From Pasteurella multocida (GTDB taxonomy: Bacteria > Pseudomonadota > Gammaproteobacteria > Enterobacterales > Pasteurellaceae), in contig NZ_LT906458.1 in NCBI RefSeq assembly GCF_900187275.1, positions 1,140,001 through 1,172,000 on the forward strand: a stretch of 32,000 bases of DNA, in the 5' to 3' direction. Below are positions 8,980 through 17,845 of this stretch, in pieces. The position numbers and the translations under genes are program-made. Within the stretch, counting starts at the first letter, position 1, and each line of letters starts with the position of its first letter. The notes under the pieces are model-generated. The model was not told the origin of the DNA and ran no database searches. It was given only the letters and a program-made list of their open reading frames with translations.

Positions 8980-10779
8980 GTGCAAACTGTTAATGTCGAT
9001 ATTGCAATTGTAGGTGCTGGTGGCGGTGGTTTACGCGCAGCGATTGCAGCAGCGGAAGCAAACCCTAACTTAAAAATTGCATTAGTATCAAAAGTTTACC
9101 CTATGCGCAGTCATACCGTGGCCGCAGAAGGCGGTGCAGCTGCCGTTATCAAAGAGGAAGACTCTTATGATAAACACTTCCATGATACTGTGGCGGGTGG
9201 CGACTGGTTATGTGAACAAGATGTGGTTGAATATTTTGTGCAACATTCACCGGTGGAAATGACTCAACTTGAACGCTGGGGCTGTCCTTGGAGCCGTAAA
9301 CAAGATGGTGATGTCAACGTTCGCCGTTTCGGTGGAATGAAAATTGAGCGTACTTGGTTCGCGGCAGATAAAACCGGTTTCCACTTATTACACACGTTAT
9401 TCCAAACGTCCATTCAATATCCGCAAATCGTTCGTTTTGATGAGCACTTCGTCTTAGATATTCTCGTTGATGATGGTCATGCGCGTGGTATGGTTGCCAT
9501 GAACATGATGGAAGGGACCTTAGTACAAATTAATGCCAATGCGGTGGTGATTGCAACGGGTGGTGGTTGCCGTGCATTCCGTTTCAATACCAATGGCGGT
9601 ATCGTAACAGGGGATGGTCTTTCAATGGCTTACCGTCACGGTGTACCGTTACGTGATATGGAATTCGTTCAATATCACCCAACAGGTTTACCAAATACCG
9701 GTATTTTAATGACTGAAGGTTGCCGTGGTGAAGGTGGTATTTTGGTCAACAAAGACGGTTACCGTTATCTCCAAGACTATGGTCTAGGACCTGAAACACC
9801 AATCGGCAAACCTGAAAATAAATATATGGAATTGGGTCCTCGTGATAAAGTTTCACAAGCCTTCTGGCAAGAATTACAAAAAGGCAACACCTTAAAAACC
9901 GCTAAAGGGGTAGATGTTGTACACCTCGATTTACGTCACTTAGGTGAAAAATACTTACATGAACGCTTACCATTTATTTGTGAATTAGCACAAGCATACG
10001 AAGGCGTTGATCCTGCTAAAGCACCAATCCCAGTACGTCCAGTTGTACACTACACGATGGGCGGGATTGAAGTGGACTTCAACAGTGAAACCCGTATCAA
10101 AGGCTTATTCGCTGTTGGTGAATGTGCTTCTTCAGGTTTACATGGAGCAAACCGTTTAGGCTCTAACTCTTTGGCTGAATTAGTGGTTCTTGGTCGCGTA
10201 GCTGGTGAATACGCCGCACAACGTGCTGTTGAAGCGCCTGCTGTTAACCAAACAGCAGTAGATGCACAAGCGCGTGATATTGTTCAACGTTTAGAAGACT
10301 TATATCACCAAGAAGGTAATGAGTCTTGGTCTGAAATCCGCGATGAAATGGGTGATGCCATGGAAGAAGGTTGTGGTATTTACCGTACTCAAGAAAGTAT
10401 GCAAAAAGCCGTGGATAAAATTGCAGAACTGAAAGAACGTTACAAACGTATTCGCATCACCGACCGTTCTAGCGTGTTTAACACCAATGTCTTATATACG
10501 GTTGAATTAGGTTACATCTTAGATGTTGCACAATCTATTGCTAACTCAGCGATTGAGCGTAAGGAATCTCGTGGTGCACACCAACGTTTAGACTACACTG
10601 AACGTGACGATGTGAATTACTTGAAACATACCCTTGCTTTCTACAATGGAGATGACGCACCGCGTATTGAATATAGCGATGTAAAAATCACGAAATCTCA
10701 ACCTGCCAAACGTGTTTATGGTGCAGAAGCCGAAGCACAAGAAGCGGCAAAAGCCAATAAGGAGAACGCAAATGGTTAA
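8980..10779 (+). CDS. frdA: Fumarate reductase flavoprotein subunit
   Basis: The ORF track begins at 8929. I place the start at GTG 8980, where [26 protein letters not shown] aligns to E. coli FrdA residue 1 ([26 protein letters not shown]), with GGAGG at 8969-8973 6 nt upstream. SHTVAAEGG (FAD-His), HPTG and CRGEGG are all present. Confidence 0.96.
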   Translation: MQTVNVDIAIVGAGGGGLRAAIAAAEANPNLKIALVSKVYPMRSHTVAAEGGAAAVIKEEDSYDKHFHDTVAGGDWLCEQDVVEYFVQHSPVEMTQLERWGCPWSRKQDGDVNVRRFGGMKIERTWFAADKTGFHLLHTLFQTSIQYPQIVRFDEHFVLDILVDDGHARGMVAMNMMEGTLVQINANAVVIATGGGCRAFRFNTNGGIVTGDGLSMAYRHGVPLRDMEFVQYHPTGLPNTGILMTEGCRGEGGILVNKDGYRYLQDYGLGPETPIGKPENKYMELGPRDKVSQAFWQELQKGNTLKTAKGVDVVHLDLRHLGEKYLHERLPFICELAQAYEGVDPAKAPIPVRPVVHYTMGGIEVDFNSETRIKGLFAVGECASSGLHGANRLGSNSLAELVVLGRVAGEYAAQRAVEAPAVNQTAVDAQARDIVQRLEDLYHQEGNESWSEIRDEMGDAMEEGCGIYRTQESMQKAVDKIAELKERYKRIRITDRSSVFNTNVLYTVELGYILDVAQSIANSAIERKESRGAHQRLDYTERDDVNYLKHTLAFYNGDDAPRIEYSDVKITKSQPAKRVYGAEAEAQEAAKANKENANG

Positions 10780-11542
10780 TCAAGCAATCATGAATATCGA
10801 AGTATTGCGTTACAATCCTGAACAGGACAAAGAACCATACTTACGGACTTATCAAGTGCCTTACGATAATCAAACGTCATTGCTTGATGCGTTAGGCTAT
10901 ATTAAAGACAAATTAGAGCCTGAACTTTCTTATCGTTGGTCTTGTCGTATGGCGATCTGTGGTTCATGCGGGATGATGGTTAACAACAAGCCAAAATTAG
11001 CCTGTAAAACGTTCTTACGTGACTATAGTGGTCATATGCGTATTGAGCCATTGGCGAATTTCCCAATTGAGCGTGATTTGGTCGTTGATTTAAGCCACTT
11101 TATTGAAAGCTTAGAAGCCATTAAGCCTTATATTATCGGCAACCAAGCACCTGCATTAGACGGTAAACCGCATCCATCTTCAGAGTTAGCCAAAAGCCGT
11201 ACGAAACAAACACCAGCACAACTTGAGAAGTATCGTACTTTCTCAATGTGTATCAACTGTGGTTTATGCTATGCCGCTTGCCCACAATTTGGTTTAAATC
11301 CTGAGTTTGTTGGACCTGCTGCATTAACGCTTGCACATCGTTACAACCTTGATAATCGTGACCACGGTAAAGAAGAACGAATGAAGATTATTAATGGTAA
11401 AAATGGGGTGTGGAGCTGTACATTTGTTGGCTATTGTTCGGAAGTCTGTCCAAAACACGTCGATCCAGCTTCCGCGGTAAACCAAGGTAAAGTCGAAAGT
11501 GCAAAAGACTTTGTAATTGCAATGCTTAAACCGCAAAAGTAA
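10772..11542 (+). CDS. frdB: Fumarate reductase iron-sulfur subunit
   Basis: Start moved to ATG 10772 ([17 protein letters not shown]), with the SD aaggag at 10759-10764. It overlaps the frdA stop (ATGGTTAA). Cys clusters are [22 protein letters not shown] and [12 protein letters not shown]. Confidence 0.96.
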   Translation: MVNQAIMNIEVLRYNPEQDKEPYLRTYQVPYDNQTSLLDALGYIKDKLEPELSYRWSCRMAICGSCGMMVNNKPKLACKTFLRDYSGHMRIEPLANFPIERDLVVDLSHFIESLEAIKPYIIGNQAPALDGKPHPSSELAKSRTKQTPAQLEKYRTFSMCINCGLCYAACPQFGLNPEFVGPAALTLAHRYNLDNRDHGKEERMKIINGKNGVWSCTFVGYCSEVCPKHVDPASAVNQGKVESAKDFVIAMLKPQK

Positions 11543-11552
11543 GGAGTGTAAA

Positions 11553-11951
11553 ATGACAGCAACAACCAGTAAACGCAAAAAATACGTGCGTGAAATGAAA
11601 CCAACTTGGTGGAAAAAGTTAGATTTTTACAAACTTTATATTGCGCGTGAAGCCACTGCAATTCCAACACTTTGGTTCTGTTTAGTCTTACTTTATGGAG
11701 TGATTAGCCTAGGTAGTTTAGACAGTTTTGGCAATTTCATTTCATTCTTGAAAAACCCGATTGTGATTATTTTAAATATCATCACACTCGGTGCAATGTT
11801 ATTAAATACGGTGACTTACTATGTAATGACACCTAAAGTATTAAATATCATTGTTAAGAATGAACGAATTAATCCTAACATCATTACGATGGCATTGTGG
11901 GCGGTAACAGCCTTTATCAGCCTCGTCATTTTAGTCTTTATGTATGTATAA
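11553..11951 (+). CDS. frdC: Fumarate reductase membrane anchor subunit C
   Basis: Start moved to ATG 11553 ([26 protein letters not shown], compared with E. coli [23 protein letters not shown]), with the SD aaggag at 11541-11546. 132 aa, three hydrophobic helices. Confidence 0.93.
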
Positions 11952-11965
11952 GCGAGGAGAGAAAG

Positions 11966-12316
11966 ATGAAAGATACACCAAAACGTTCTAATGAACCTGT
12001 TGTATGGTTATTATTTGGCGCAGGAACAACTGTCAGTGCCATGTTCTATCCTGTGTTAGTATTAATTCTTGGCTTCTTGCTACCATTTGGTTTAATTGAT
12101 CCTAAAAATATCATTGAACTTATAGGCTTCTTACACAGTCCATTAGGTAAATTACTGTTACTTGTGTTATTAATTTTCCCAATGTGGGGAGCAATGCACC
12201 GTATCCATCATGGTATGCATGACTTCAAAATCCACATTCCGGCAAGTGGTGTCATTTTCTATGGTTTATCTGTGCTTTATACGGTATTAGTTTGCTTCGC
12301 TGTATTTAGCTTATAA
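11966..12316 (+). CDS. frdD: Fumarate reductase membrane anchor subunit D
   Basis: Start moved to ATG 11966 ([20 protein letters not shown], compared with E. coli [21 protein letters not shown]), with the SD gaggagag at 11954-11961. 116 aa. Confidence 0.93.
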
Positions 12317-12333
12317 TTCATCCCTAAATCACA

Positions 12334-12366
12334 AAAGGCGGATATGTTATCCGCCTTTCTTATATT
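12334..12366 (+). terminator. Rho-independent terminator of the frd operon
   Basis: aaaggcgga (12334-12342), loop tatgtta, tccgccttt (12350-12358), followed by T-rich cttatatt. Confidence 0.8.
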
Positions 12367-12558
12367 ATATTCCCTCTCTCCTTTCCTCATTCTTAGCAAG
12401 CAAGTTTTCTTCCTTCTATTTTCAAAAGGGCGTGCCTTATGATCATATTGAATCAATACGGGACGATTTCCCCAATGGATTTTGCTGAAATCTGTCGTGT
12501 ATCGTGAACGAAATAGGCGATGTGTATGACAAGCATTGAATGAAAGTGCAAACAGAAC

Positions 12559-12582
12559 AAAAATCTAACCGCAAAGTGCGGT
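12559..12582 (-). terminator. Short USS-containing hairpin plus U5 downstream of lptG
   Basis: accgc (12568-12572) pairs with gcggt (12578-12582) across a 5-nt loop. On the minus strand it is followed by tagattttt. AAGTGCGGT sits at 12574-12582. The stem is only 5 bp, so it is weak on its own. Confidence 0.45.
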
Positions 12583-12602
12583 CAGATTTCAGCATTTTTT
12601 GA

Positions 12603-13673
12603 TTAGGTACGTTTACGGCTTAACAACCACCAAGTAATTAATAAAAATAAGACACTTGGCATTAAGGCGCCGGCTAATGGCGTTACATTGTACACTAAAC
12701 TAAGAGGTCCAAAAATTTCATTGACCACATAGAACAGGAAGCCAAAACAAATTCCTGTCACAATGCGCGCTCCCGCGGTTACACTGCGCAAAGGACCAAA
12801 AATAAAGGATAGCGCTAACATCATCATCACGCCAACAGAGAGAGGCTGAAATAATTTACGCCAATAAGTTAATTCAAATTTCTTTGATTCCTGTCCTGTT
12901 TCACGTAAAAACGTAATATAGTTAGATAAGCCAGAAATGGATAAGGAGGTTGGTCTTAGTGAGGCAATACCAAGTTTATCCGGCGTTAAATTGGTTTGCC
13001 ATTCAGCATTTACACGATTTACTGTCGTAATTTCATTTTCCGAAATTGCGGATTCTGTGAGGCGATGTAAAATCCATTTCCCTTCTTGATAAGTCGCTGT
13101 GTTAGCATGCTTAACTTGTTGTAATTGGCGATTTTCAGCAAAACGATAAATATACACATCACTTAACGCAATATCATCGGTAATCCGCTTAATATAAATA
13201 AATTCATTGCCATCTTTTGCCCAAATCCCATTTTTCACTGAGAGTAACGAGCCACCAGAAATGGCTTTGGAACGCATATCACGAGCAAATTGTTCGGTTT
13301 GAGGAATCCCCCATTCACCGATTAACATCGTAAGAATGACGAGGGGTAACGCAGTTTTCATCACAGCAAAACCGATCTTTAAACGCGAAAAACCAGATGC
13401 CTGCATCACAACCAATTCACTACGGCTGGCTAAGTTGCCTAACGCAATTAACGCGCCCAATAAAGCAGCCATCGGGAAAAAGGTTTCAATGTCTTTTGGG
13501 ATCGTCAACACCGTATAAAGAATCGCTTGCCAAATATCGTAGGTACCTTTACCGACACTACGAAACTGCTCAACAAACTTAATAATGCCGGAAAGCCCTA
13601 CTAGCATAATTAAGGTAGCAAAAATTGCGCCTAAAATACTTTTACCTAAATAACGGTCTAAGGTGCTCATCAT
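12603..13673 (-). CDS. lptG: LPS export ABC transporter permease LptG
   Basis: 356 aa, YjgP/YjgQ family. LDRYLGKSI, GIIKFVEQ, FFPMAALLGALIALGNLASRSELVVMQASGFSR and FQPLSV.VMM.LALSFIFGPLRSV are collinear with E. coli LptG. Confidence 0.95.
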   Translation of the reverse strand: MMSTLDRYLGKSILGAIFATLIMLVGLSGIIKFVEQFRSVGKGTYDIWQAILYTVLTIPKDIETFFPMAALLGALIALGNLASRSELVVMQASGFSRLKIGFAVMKTALPLVILTMLIGEWGIPQTEQFARDMRSKAISGGSLLSVKNGIWAKDGNEFIYIKRITDDIALSDVYIYRFAENRQLQQVKHANTATYQEGKWILHRLTESAISENEITTVNRVNAEWQTNLTPDKLGIASLRPTSLSISGLSNYITFLRETGQESKKFELTYWRKLFQPLSVGVMMMLALSFIFGPLRSVTAGARIVTGICFGFLFYVVNEIFGPLSLVYNVTPLAGALMPSVLFLLITWWLLSRKRT

Positions 13674-13679
13674 TTTTGC

Positions 13680-14786
13680 TTATCCTTTTATCGCCAGATT
13701 CTTATTCAACCAATACCGCACTTTATACATCGAAGCGCTTCCCCAGCTATTCAACAAAAGCCCCAATAGGAAAAAGAGTATATTCACTAACGGCATTAAT
13801 ACGCTTCCATCCAATTTACCCGCAGCCCAAGCAGACTTCAGTGAACTTTGTAGCAGAAAATAAATTAAATACAGTAACAACGCGGGTAATACTTTTGCGA
13901 AACGACCTTGGCGAGGGTTCACTCGGCTTAATGGCACCGCTATCAGCGCCATTAAAGGCACCGCCAAGATCAGACTTAAACGCCAATTCAATTCTGCTTT
14001 AGCTGCCGGGGTATGAGTTTTCATCAAATCCCAAAAACCTAACTCTTCCGTTTCCTGTTCATCATTGTTTTTATCTTGATAACCTAAATAAGCTTGATAC
14101 TCTTCAAAATGCGTAATACGGAAATCAGGAAAAGCACTGCTGCCTTCTACACGTTGGCTATTTTCAAGTTTGAGAATTTGATCCCCATTAGGCAGGGCTT
14201 TTAGCTCACCTTTCTCCGCTACCAGTACTGACGGTTTTAAATTGCCTCTCTCACGCGTTTGAAAAACATAAACATCATGAATGGTATTGTCTTTAATGCT
14301 GTCAATAAATAAGACAAATTCATTATTATTGGTGTTAATAAACTGCCCCGAAGCAAGCGCTCCCATTGTAGGATTGGCTTTTGCACCTTCCAAAATTTCA
14401 CTTTGTTTTTGAATCGCCCAAGGTGTCAACCAAAACACATTATACGCGGCAATTGATGCGGTAAATAAAGAAAGAATAAGTACAACACGTACTAAGATTT
14501 TCTGTCCCACACCACAAGCACGCATCACCGTGATTTCACTCTCAGCATATAAACGACCAAAAGTTAATAAAATCGCAATAAATAAACATAGTGGCAACAT
14601 CAATTGCGCCATGGTAGGCATACCAAGCCCTAATAAGGACATCACCAAATCTGCTGGTACTTTACCACTGGCTGCCGAGCCTAATACACGCACTAATTGC
14701 TGGCAGAAGAAAATAAGAAGTAAAATGAATAAGATCGCCAACTGGCTCTTCAACACTTCCTTTGTTAAATATCGAGTTAAAATCAC
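13680..14786 (-). CDS. lptF: LPS export ABC transporter permease LptF
   Basis: 368 aa. [36 protein letters not shown] is nearly identical to the E. coli LptF N-terminus. [32 protein letters not shown] is present. It ends 6 nt before lptG and is divergent from pepA, as in E. coli. Confidence 0.95.
   Translation of the reverse strand: MILTRYLTKEVLKSQLAILFILLLIFFCQQLVRVLGSAASGKVPADLVMSLLGLGMPTMAQLMLPLCLFIAILLTFGRLYAESEITVMRACGVGQKILVRVVLILSLFTASIAAYNVFWLTPWAIQKQSEILEGAKANPTMGALASGQFINTNNNEFVLFIDSIKDNTIHDVYVFQTRERGNLKPSVLVAEKGELKALPNGDQILKLENSQRVEGSSAFPDFRITHFEEYQAYLGYQDKNNDEQETEELGFWDLMKTHTPAAKAELNWRLSLILAVPLMALIAVPLSRVNPRQGRFAKVLPALLLYLIYFLLQSSLKSAWAAGKLDGSVLMPLVNILFFLLGLLLNSWGSASMYKVRYWLNKNLAIKG
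13715..13723 (-). repeat. USS core (ACCGCACTT on the plus strand) inside lptF
   Basis: Exact 9-mer. Confidence 0.9.
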
Positions 14787-14904
14787 ATTATTGCCTATAT
14801 TTTTCTTGCAATTTATATAGAATAGTTTAGTTTCAAGACTGCTTAATTTTCGTATGATAACGTATTTTTAAGGTGAAAACAGTAAAAATCTTTGTGAGGA
14901 CAAC

Positions 14905-16389
14905 ATGGAATATCGCGTAAAATCAACCGCACTTTTAGACATAAAAAGTAATATTATTATTGGCTTATATGAGAATGGTGAACTATCACCATCCGCACAA
15001 AAAATCGATGAAATTTCTCAAGGCTATTTAAGCAAATTGATTCAATCTGGCGAAATCAAAGGTAAACTTGGACAAGTTTTGGTGTTACGTCATGTTCCTA
15101 ACTACAGCGCAGAACGTGTTTTCGTGGTAGGCGCTGGTAAAAAAGGTGAGATTAACGAGAAACAATTTAAACAACTTATTCAAGACACTATCAACGCCGT
15201 TAAGGCCACCAGTGCAAAAGAGGTTATCAGCTACTTGTCTGATATCAAGATTAAAGATCGTGATCTCTACTGGAATATCCGTTTTAGCGTTGAAACCCTC
15301 GAAACCAGCGTCTATCAGTTCGAACAATTTAAAAGTAAAAAAAGCGAACAAGATGTGGCATTAACAGATGTCATTTTTAGCGTGGAAGGCGATGTTGCAC
15401 AACAAGCTGTTAATCATGCCAAAGCAATTGCTTTAGGTGTACGCGCCGCCAAAGATGTAGCGAACTGTCCACCTAATGTTTGCAATCCTGTTTATTTAGC
15501 CGAACAAGCAAACGCGTTAGCCACACGATCTGACCTGATTAAAACCACTGTACTCGGTGAAAAAGACATGGCTGACTTAGGCATGAACGCTTACTTAGCG
15601 GTTTCACAAGGTTCTGTCAATGAAGCACAACTCTCCCTTATCGAATATCGTAATCATCCTAATCCAGATGCCAAGCCCATTGTGTTAGTCGGCAAAGGAC
15701 TGACTTTTGATGCCGGTGGTATCTCGTTAAAGCCAGCTGAAAGCATGGATGAAATGAAATATGATATGGGCGGTGCCGCTTCTGTCTATGGGGTCATGAA
15801 TGCCATTGCTGAATTAAAACTGCCATTAAACGTGATTGGCGTGTTAGCAGGTTGTGAAAACTTACCAGACGGTAATGCCTATCGACCGGGTGATATTTTA
15901 ACCACAATGAAAGGCTTAACGGTTGAAGTGCTCAATACCGACGCGGAAGGGCGCTTAGTGTTATGTGATACGCTCACTTATGTAGAACGCTTTGAACCTG
16001 AACTGGTGATTGATGTGGCGACCTTAACTGGCGCTTGCGTAGTAGCACTGGGTGCACATAACAGCGGTTTAATCTCTACTGATGATAAATTAGCCAAAGA
16101 TCTCGAACTCGCCGCGGCTCAAAGTACCGATAAAGCTTGGCGTTTGCCACTTGGTGAAGAATATCAAGAACAGCTGAAATCTAACTTTGCCGATTTAGCG
16201 AATATTGGTGGTCGTTGGGGCGGTGCCATTACTGCTGGCGCATTTTTATCCAACTTCACCGATAAATATCGCTGGGCGCATTTAGATATCGCAGGTACTG
16301 CTTGGTTACAAGGCGCAAACAAAGGAGCTACGGGTCGCCCTGTTCCTTTACTGGTACAATTCTTAATTAACCAAGCGACAGGTGAATAA
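14905..16389 (+). CDS. pepA: Leucyl (cytosol) aminopeptidase, M17 family
   Basis: 494 aa. [37 protein letters not shown] and ATLTGAC are the M17 metal and active-site motifs. Collinear with E. coli PepA. Confidence 0.96.
   Translation: MEYRVKSTALLDIKSNIIIGLYENGELSPSAQKIDEISQGYLSKLIQSGEIKGKLGQVLVLRHVPNYSAERVFVVGAGKKGEINEKQFKQLIQDTINAVKATSAKEVISYLSDIKIKDRDLYWNIRFSVETLETSVYQFEQFKSKKSEQDVALTDVIFSVEGDVAQQAVNHAKAIALGVRAAKDVANCPPNVCNPVYLAEQANALATRSDLIKTTVLGEKDMADLGMNAYLAVSQGSVNEAQLSLIEYRNHPNPDAKPIVLVGKGLTFDAGGISLKPAESMDEMKYDMGGAASVYGVMNAIAELKLPLNVIGVLAGCENLPDGNAYRPGDILTTMKGLTVEVLNTDAEGRLVLCDTLTYVERFEPELVIDVATLTGACVVALGAHNSGLISTDDKLAKDLELAAAQSTDKAWRLPLGEEYQEQLKSNFADLANIGGRWGGAITAGAFLSNFTDKYRWAHLDIAGTAWLQGANKGATGRPVPLLVQFLINQATGE
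14926..14934 (-). repeat. USS core (ACCGCACTT on the plus strand) inside the pepA 5' end
   Basis: Exact 9-mer. Confidence 0.9.
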
Positions 16390-16413
16390 TCCCCCTAGCC
16401 ACGACTAAAATCA

Positions 16414-16454
16414 AAAAGTGCGGTCAAAAATATCTCTATTTTTACCGCACTTTT
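16414..16454. terminator. Bidirectional terminator formed by an inverted USS pair, between pepA (+) and mtnN (-)
   Basis: aaaagtgcggt (16414-16424) pairs with accgcactttt (16444-16454): an 11-bp stem with a 19-nt loop. The A4/T4 flanks form part of the stem ends. Confidence 0.75.
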
Positions 16455-16480
16455 ACGATGATGTTTGATTCATCACTGCA

Positions 16481-17170
16481 CTATAAATTATCAATCATCT
16501 CCAAAACCATTGCTGAAGATTGTTTCGCCGCCAGTGGCAAAAATTCCTCAAAAGACATACTCGCCTCACCGTCACCACTGTCTGAAATTGCCCTGACAAC
16601 CACAAAAGGCACATTGAAGGCATGACATACTTGAGCAATTGCTGTCGCTTCCATTTCTACGGCCATAACCGTAGGGAAATCTGCTTTAATCTGCGCTAAC
16701 GGTGTCCCACCTTGAATAAAACTGTCCCCAGAACAAATCAAACCACGTTTAACTTGTTGCTGTTGTTGAACAGCGATCTTTTCTGCCAGTTGTACTAACT
16801 TCTCGTCAGATTGGAATCGTGCTGGGCAAGCGGGCAACTGTCCTTTAGCATAACCAAATGCCGTCACATCAGCATCGTGGTAAACCGTTTCATCAGAAAT
16901 CACAATATCCCCGACGTTAAGCCCTGTCGCCACACCGCCTGCCGAACCGGTATTAATGACCAAATCAGGTTTGCACATCTCTAACAATAAAGTGGCACCG
17001 ATTGCAGCGGCGACTTTGCCAATGCCAGATTGTAATAAGGCAACTGCTTTACCATGAATCATGCCTTCATAAATTGTGCAACTGGCGACTTGGGTAACGC
17101 GTTTATCTTGCATTAAATCTGCCAACATTTGAACTTCTTGTGCCATCGCACCCACAATACCAATTTTCAT
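16481..17170 (-). CDS. mtnN: 5'-methylthioadenosine/S-adenosylhomocysteine nucleosidase
   Basis: 229 aa. [52 protein letters not shown] and FVVVRAISD are collinear with E. coli MtnN/Pfs. The ATG shares one nucleotide with the upstream stop (TAATG). Confidence 0.96.
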   Translation of the reverse strand: MKIGIVGAMAQEVQMLADLMQDKRVTQVASCTIYEGMIHGKAVALLQSGIGKVAAAIGATLLLEMCKPDLVINTGSAGGVATGLNVGDIVISDETVYHDADVTAFGYAKGQLPACPARFQSDEKLVQLAEKIAVQQQQQVKRGLICSGDSFIQGGTPLAQIKADFPTVMAVEMEATAIAQVCHAFNVPFVVVRAISDSGDGEASMSFEEFLPLAAKQSSAMVLEMIDNL

Positions 17171-17838
17171 TATTTTTGTTTTTCCTTCATTAATTTACTT
17201 ACTAAAAAATCTAACACCGCAAAGCTGTAATCATCACTATATAAGGTGCTAGCAGTTAAGACATAACGTCCATCAATCACCACATAAGGAAAAGTAAATA
17301 CCCCATATTCTTCGGTCAATTTTTCTGCCTGTTCAACGGCTTTTGCGACCTTAACCGAATACAGCGCTTTGGTAAAATCATCCGTATTGACCCCTTGCCC
17401 ATCTAGCCATAAGCGCAAATCATGAAAACGCGAAAGCTGTCCATAACGGTGTTTATCTGCGGTTTCAAATAACAACAACGCTGAAATATCCTCTGCTTGA
17501 ATTTCTTTTAAGGCATAAAAAATCAGCGCAGAATAATGCGCTTTTTCTGCAGCAATCGGTAATTCTTTTAACACTACTTTATCAAAATTAATTTGCGAAT
17601 ACAGTTCTAAGATATCAAGTGCCGAAGAACATACACGACAGTCATAATCAAAAAAAAACTGAATTAAAATGGGGTCGGAGGGGTTCGCCTGATAAACCGG
17701 TTCTTGATAAGAAAAGTAATCACGCCCTTCAAGAAAAAGTGGGGATTTATCGGAATGCAACGAAACCGAGATCGGCGTTGCCAGCGCACACTGTGCAACA
17801 CTCCATACGAAAAGAAAGAGAAAACCGATCCGCCACAT
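17170..17838 (-). CDS. Secreted DsbA-like thioredoxin-fold protein with CRVC motif (conserved hypothetical)
   Basis: The ORF track begins at TTG 17844. I prefer ATG 17838 ([22 protein letters not shown] signal peptide). [14 protein letters not shown] supplies a CxxC in the position expected for a DsbA fold, followed by a helical insert and a C-terminal [10 protein letters not shown] (cis-Pro loop-like). No experimental function is known to me. Confidence 0.6.
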   Translation of the reverse strand: MWRIGFLFLFVWSVAQCALATPISVSLHSDKSPLFLEGRDYFSYQEPVYQANPSDPILIQFFFDYDCRVCSSALDILELYSQINFDKVVLKELPIAAEKAHYSALIFYALKEIQAEDISALLLFETADKHRYGQLSRFHDLRLWLDGQGVNTDDFTKALYSVKVAKAVEQAEKLTEEYGVFTFPYVVIDGRYVLTASTLYSDDYSFAVLDFLVSKLMKEKQK

Positions 17839-17845
17839 AGTCAAG

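Noticed and set aside
13625-14820. Plus-strand ORFs antisense to lptF and lptG (13625-14002, 13663-13863, 14530-14820, 13336-13518, 13397-13582)
   Set aside because: These are shadow ORFs inside membrane-protein genes. Hydrophobic codon bias on one strand generates long open antisense frames.
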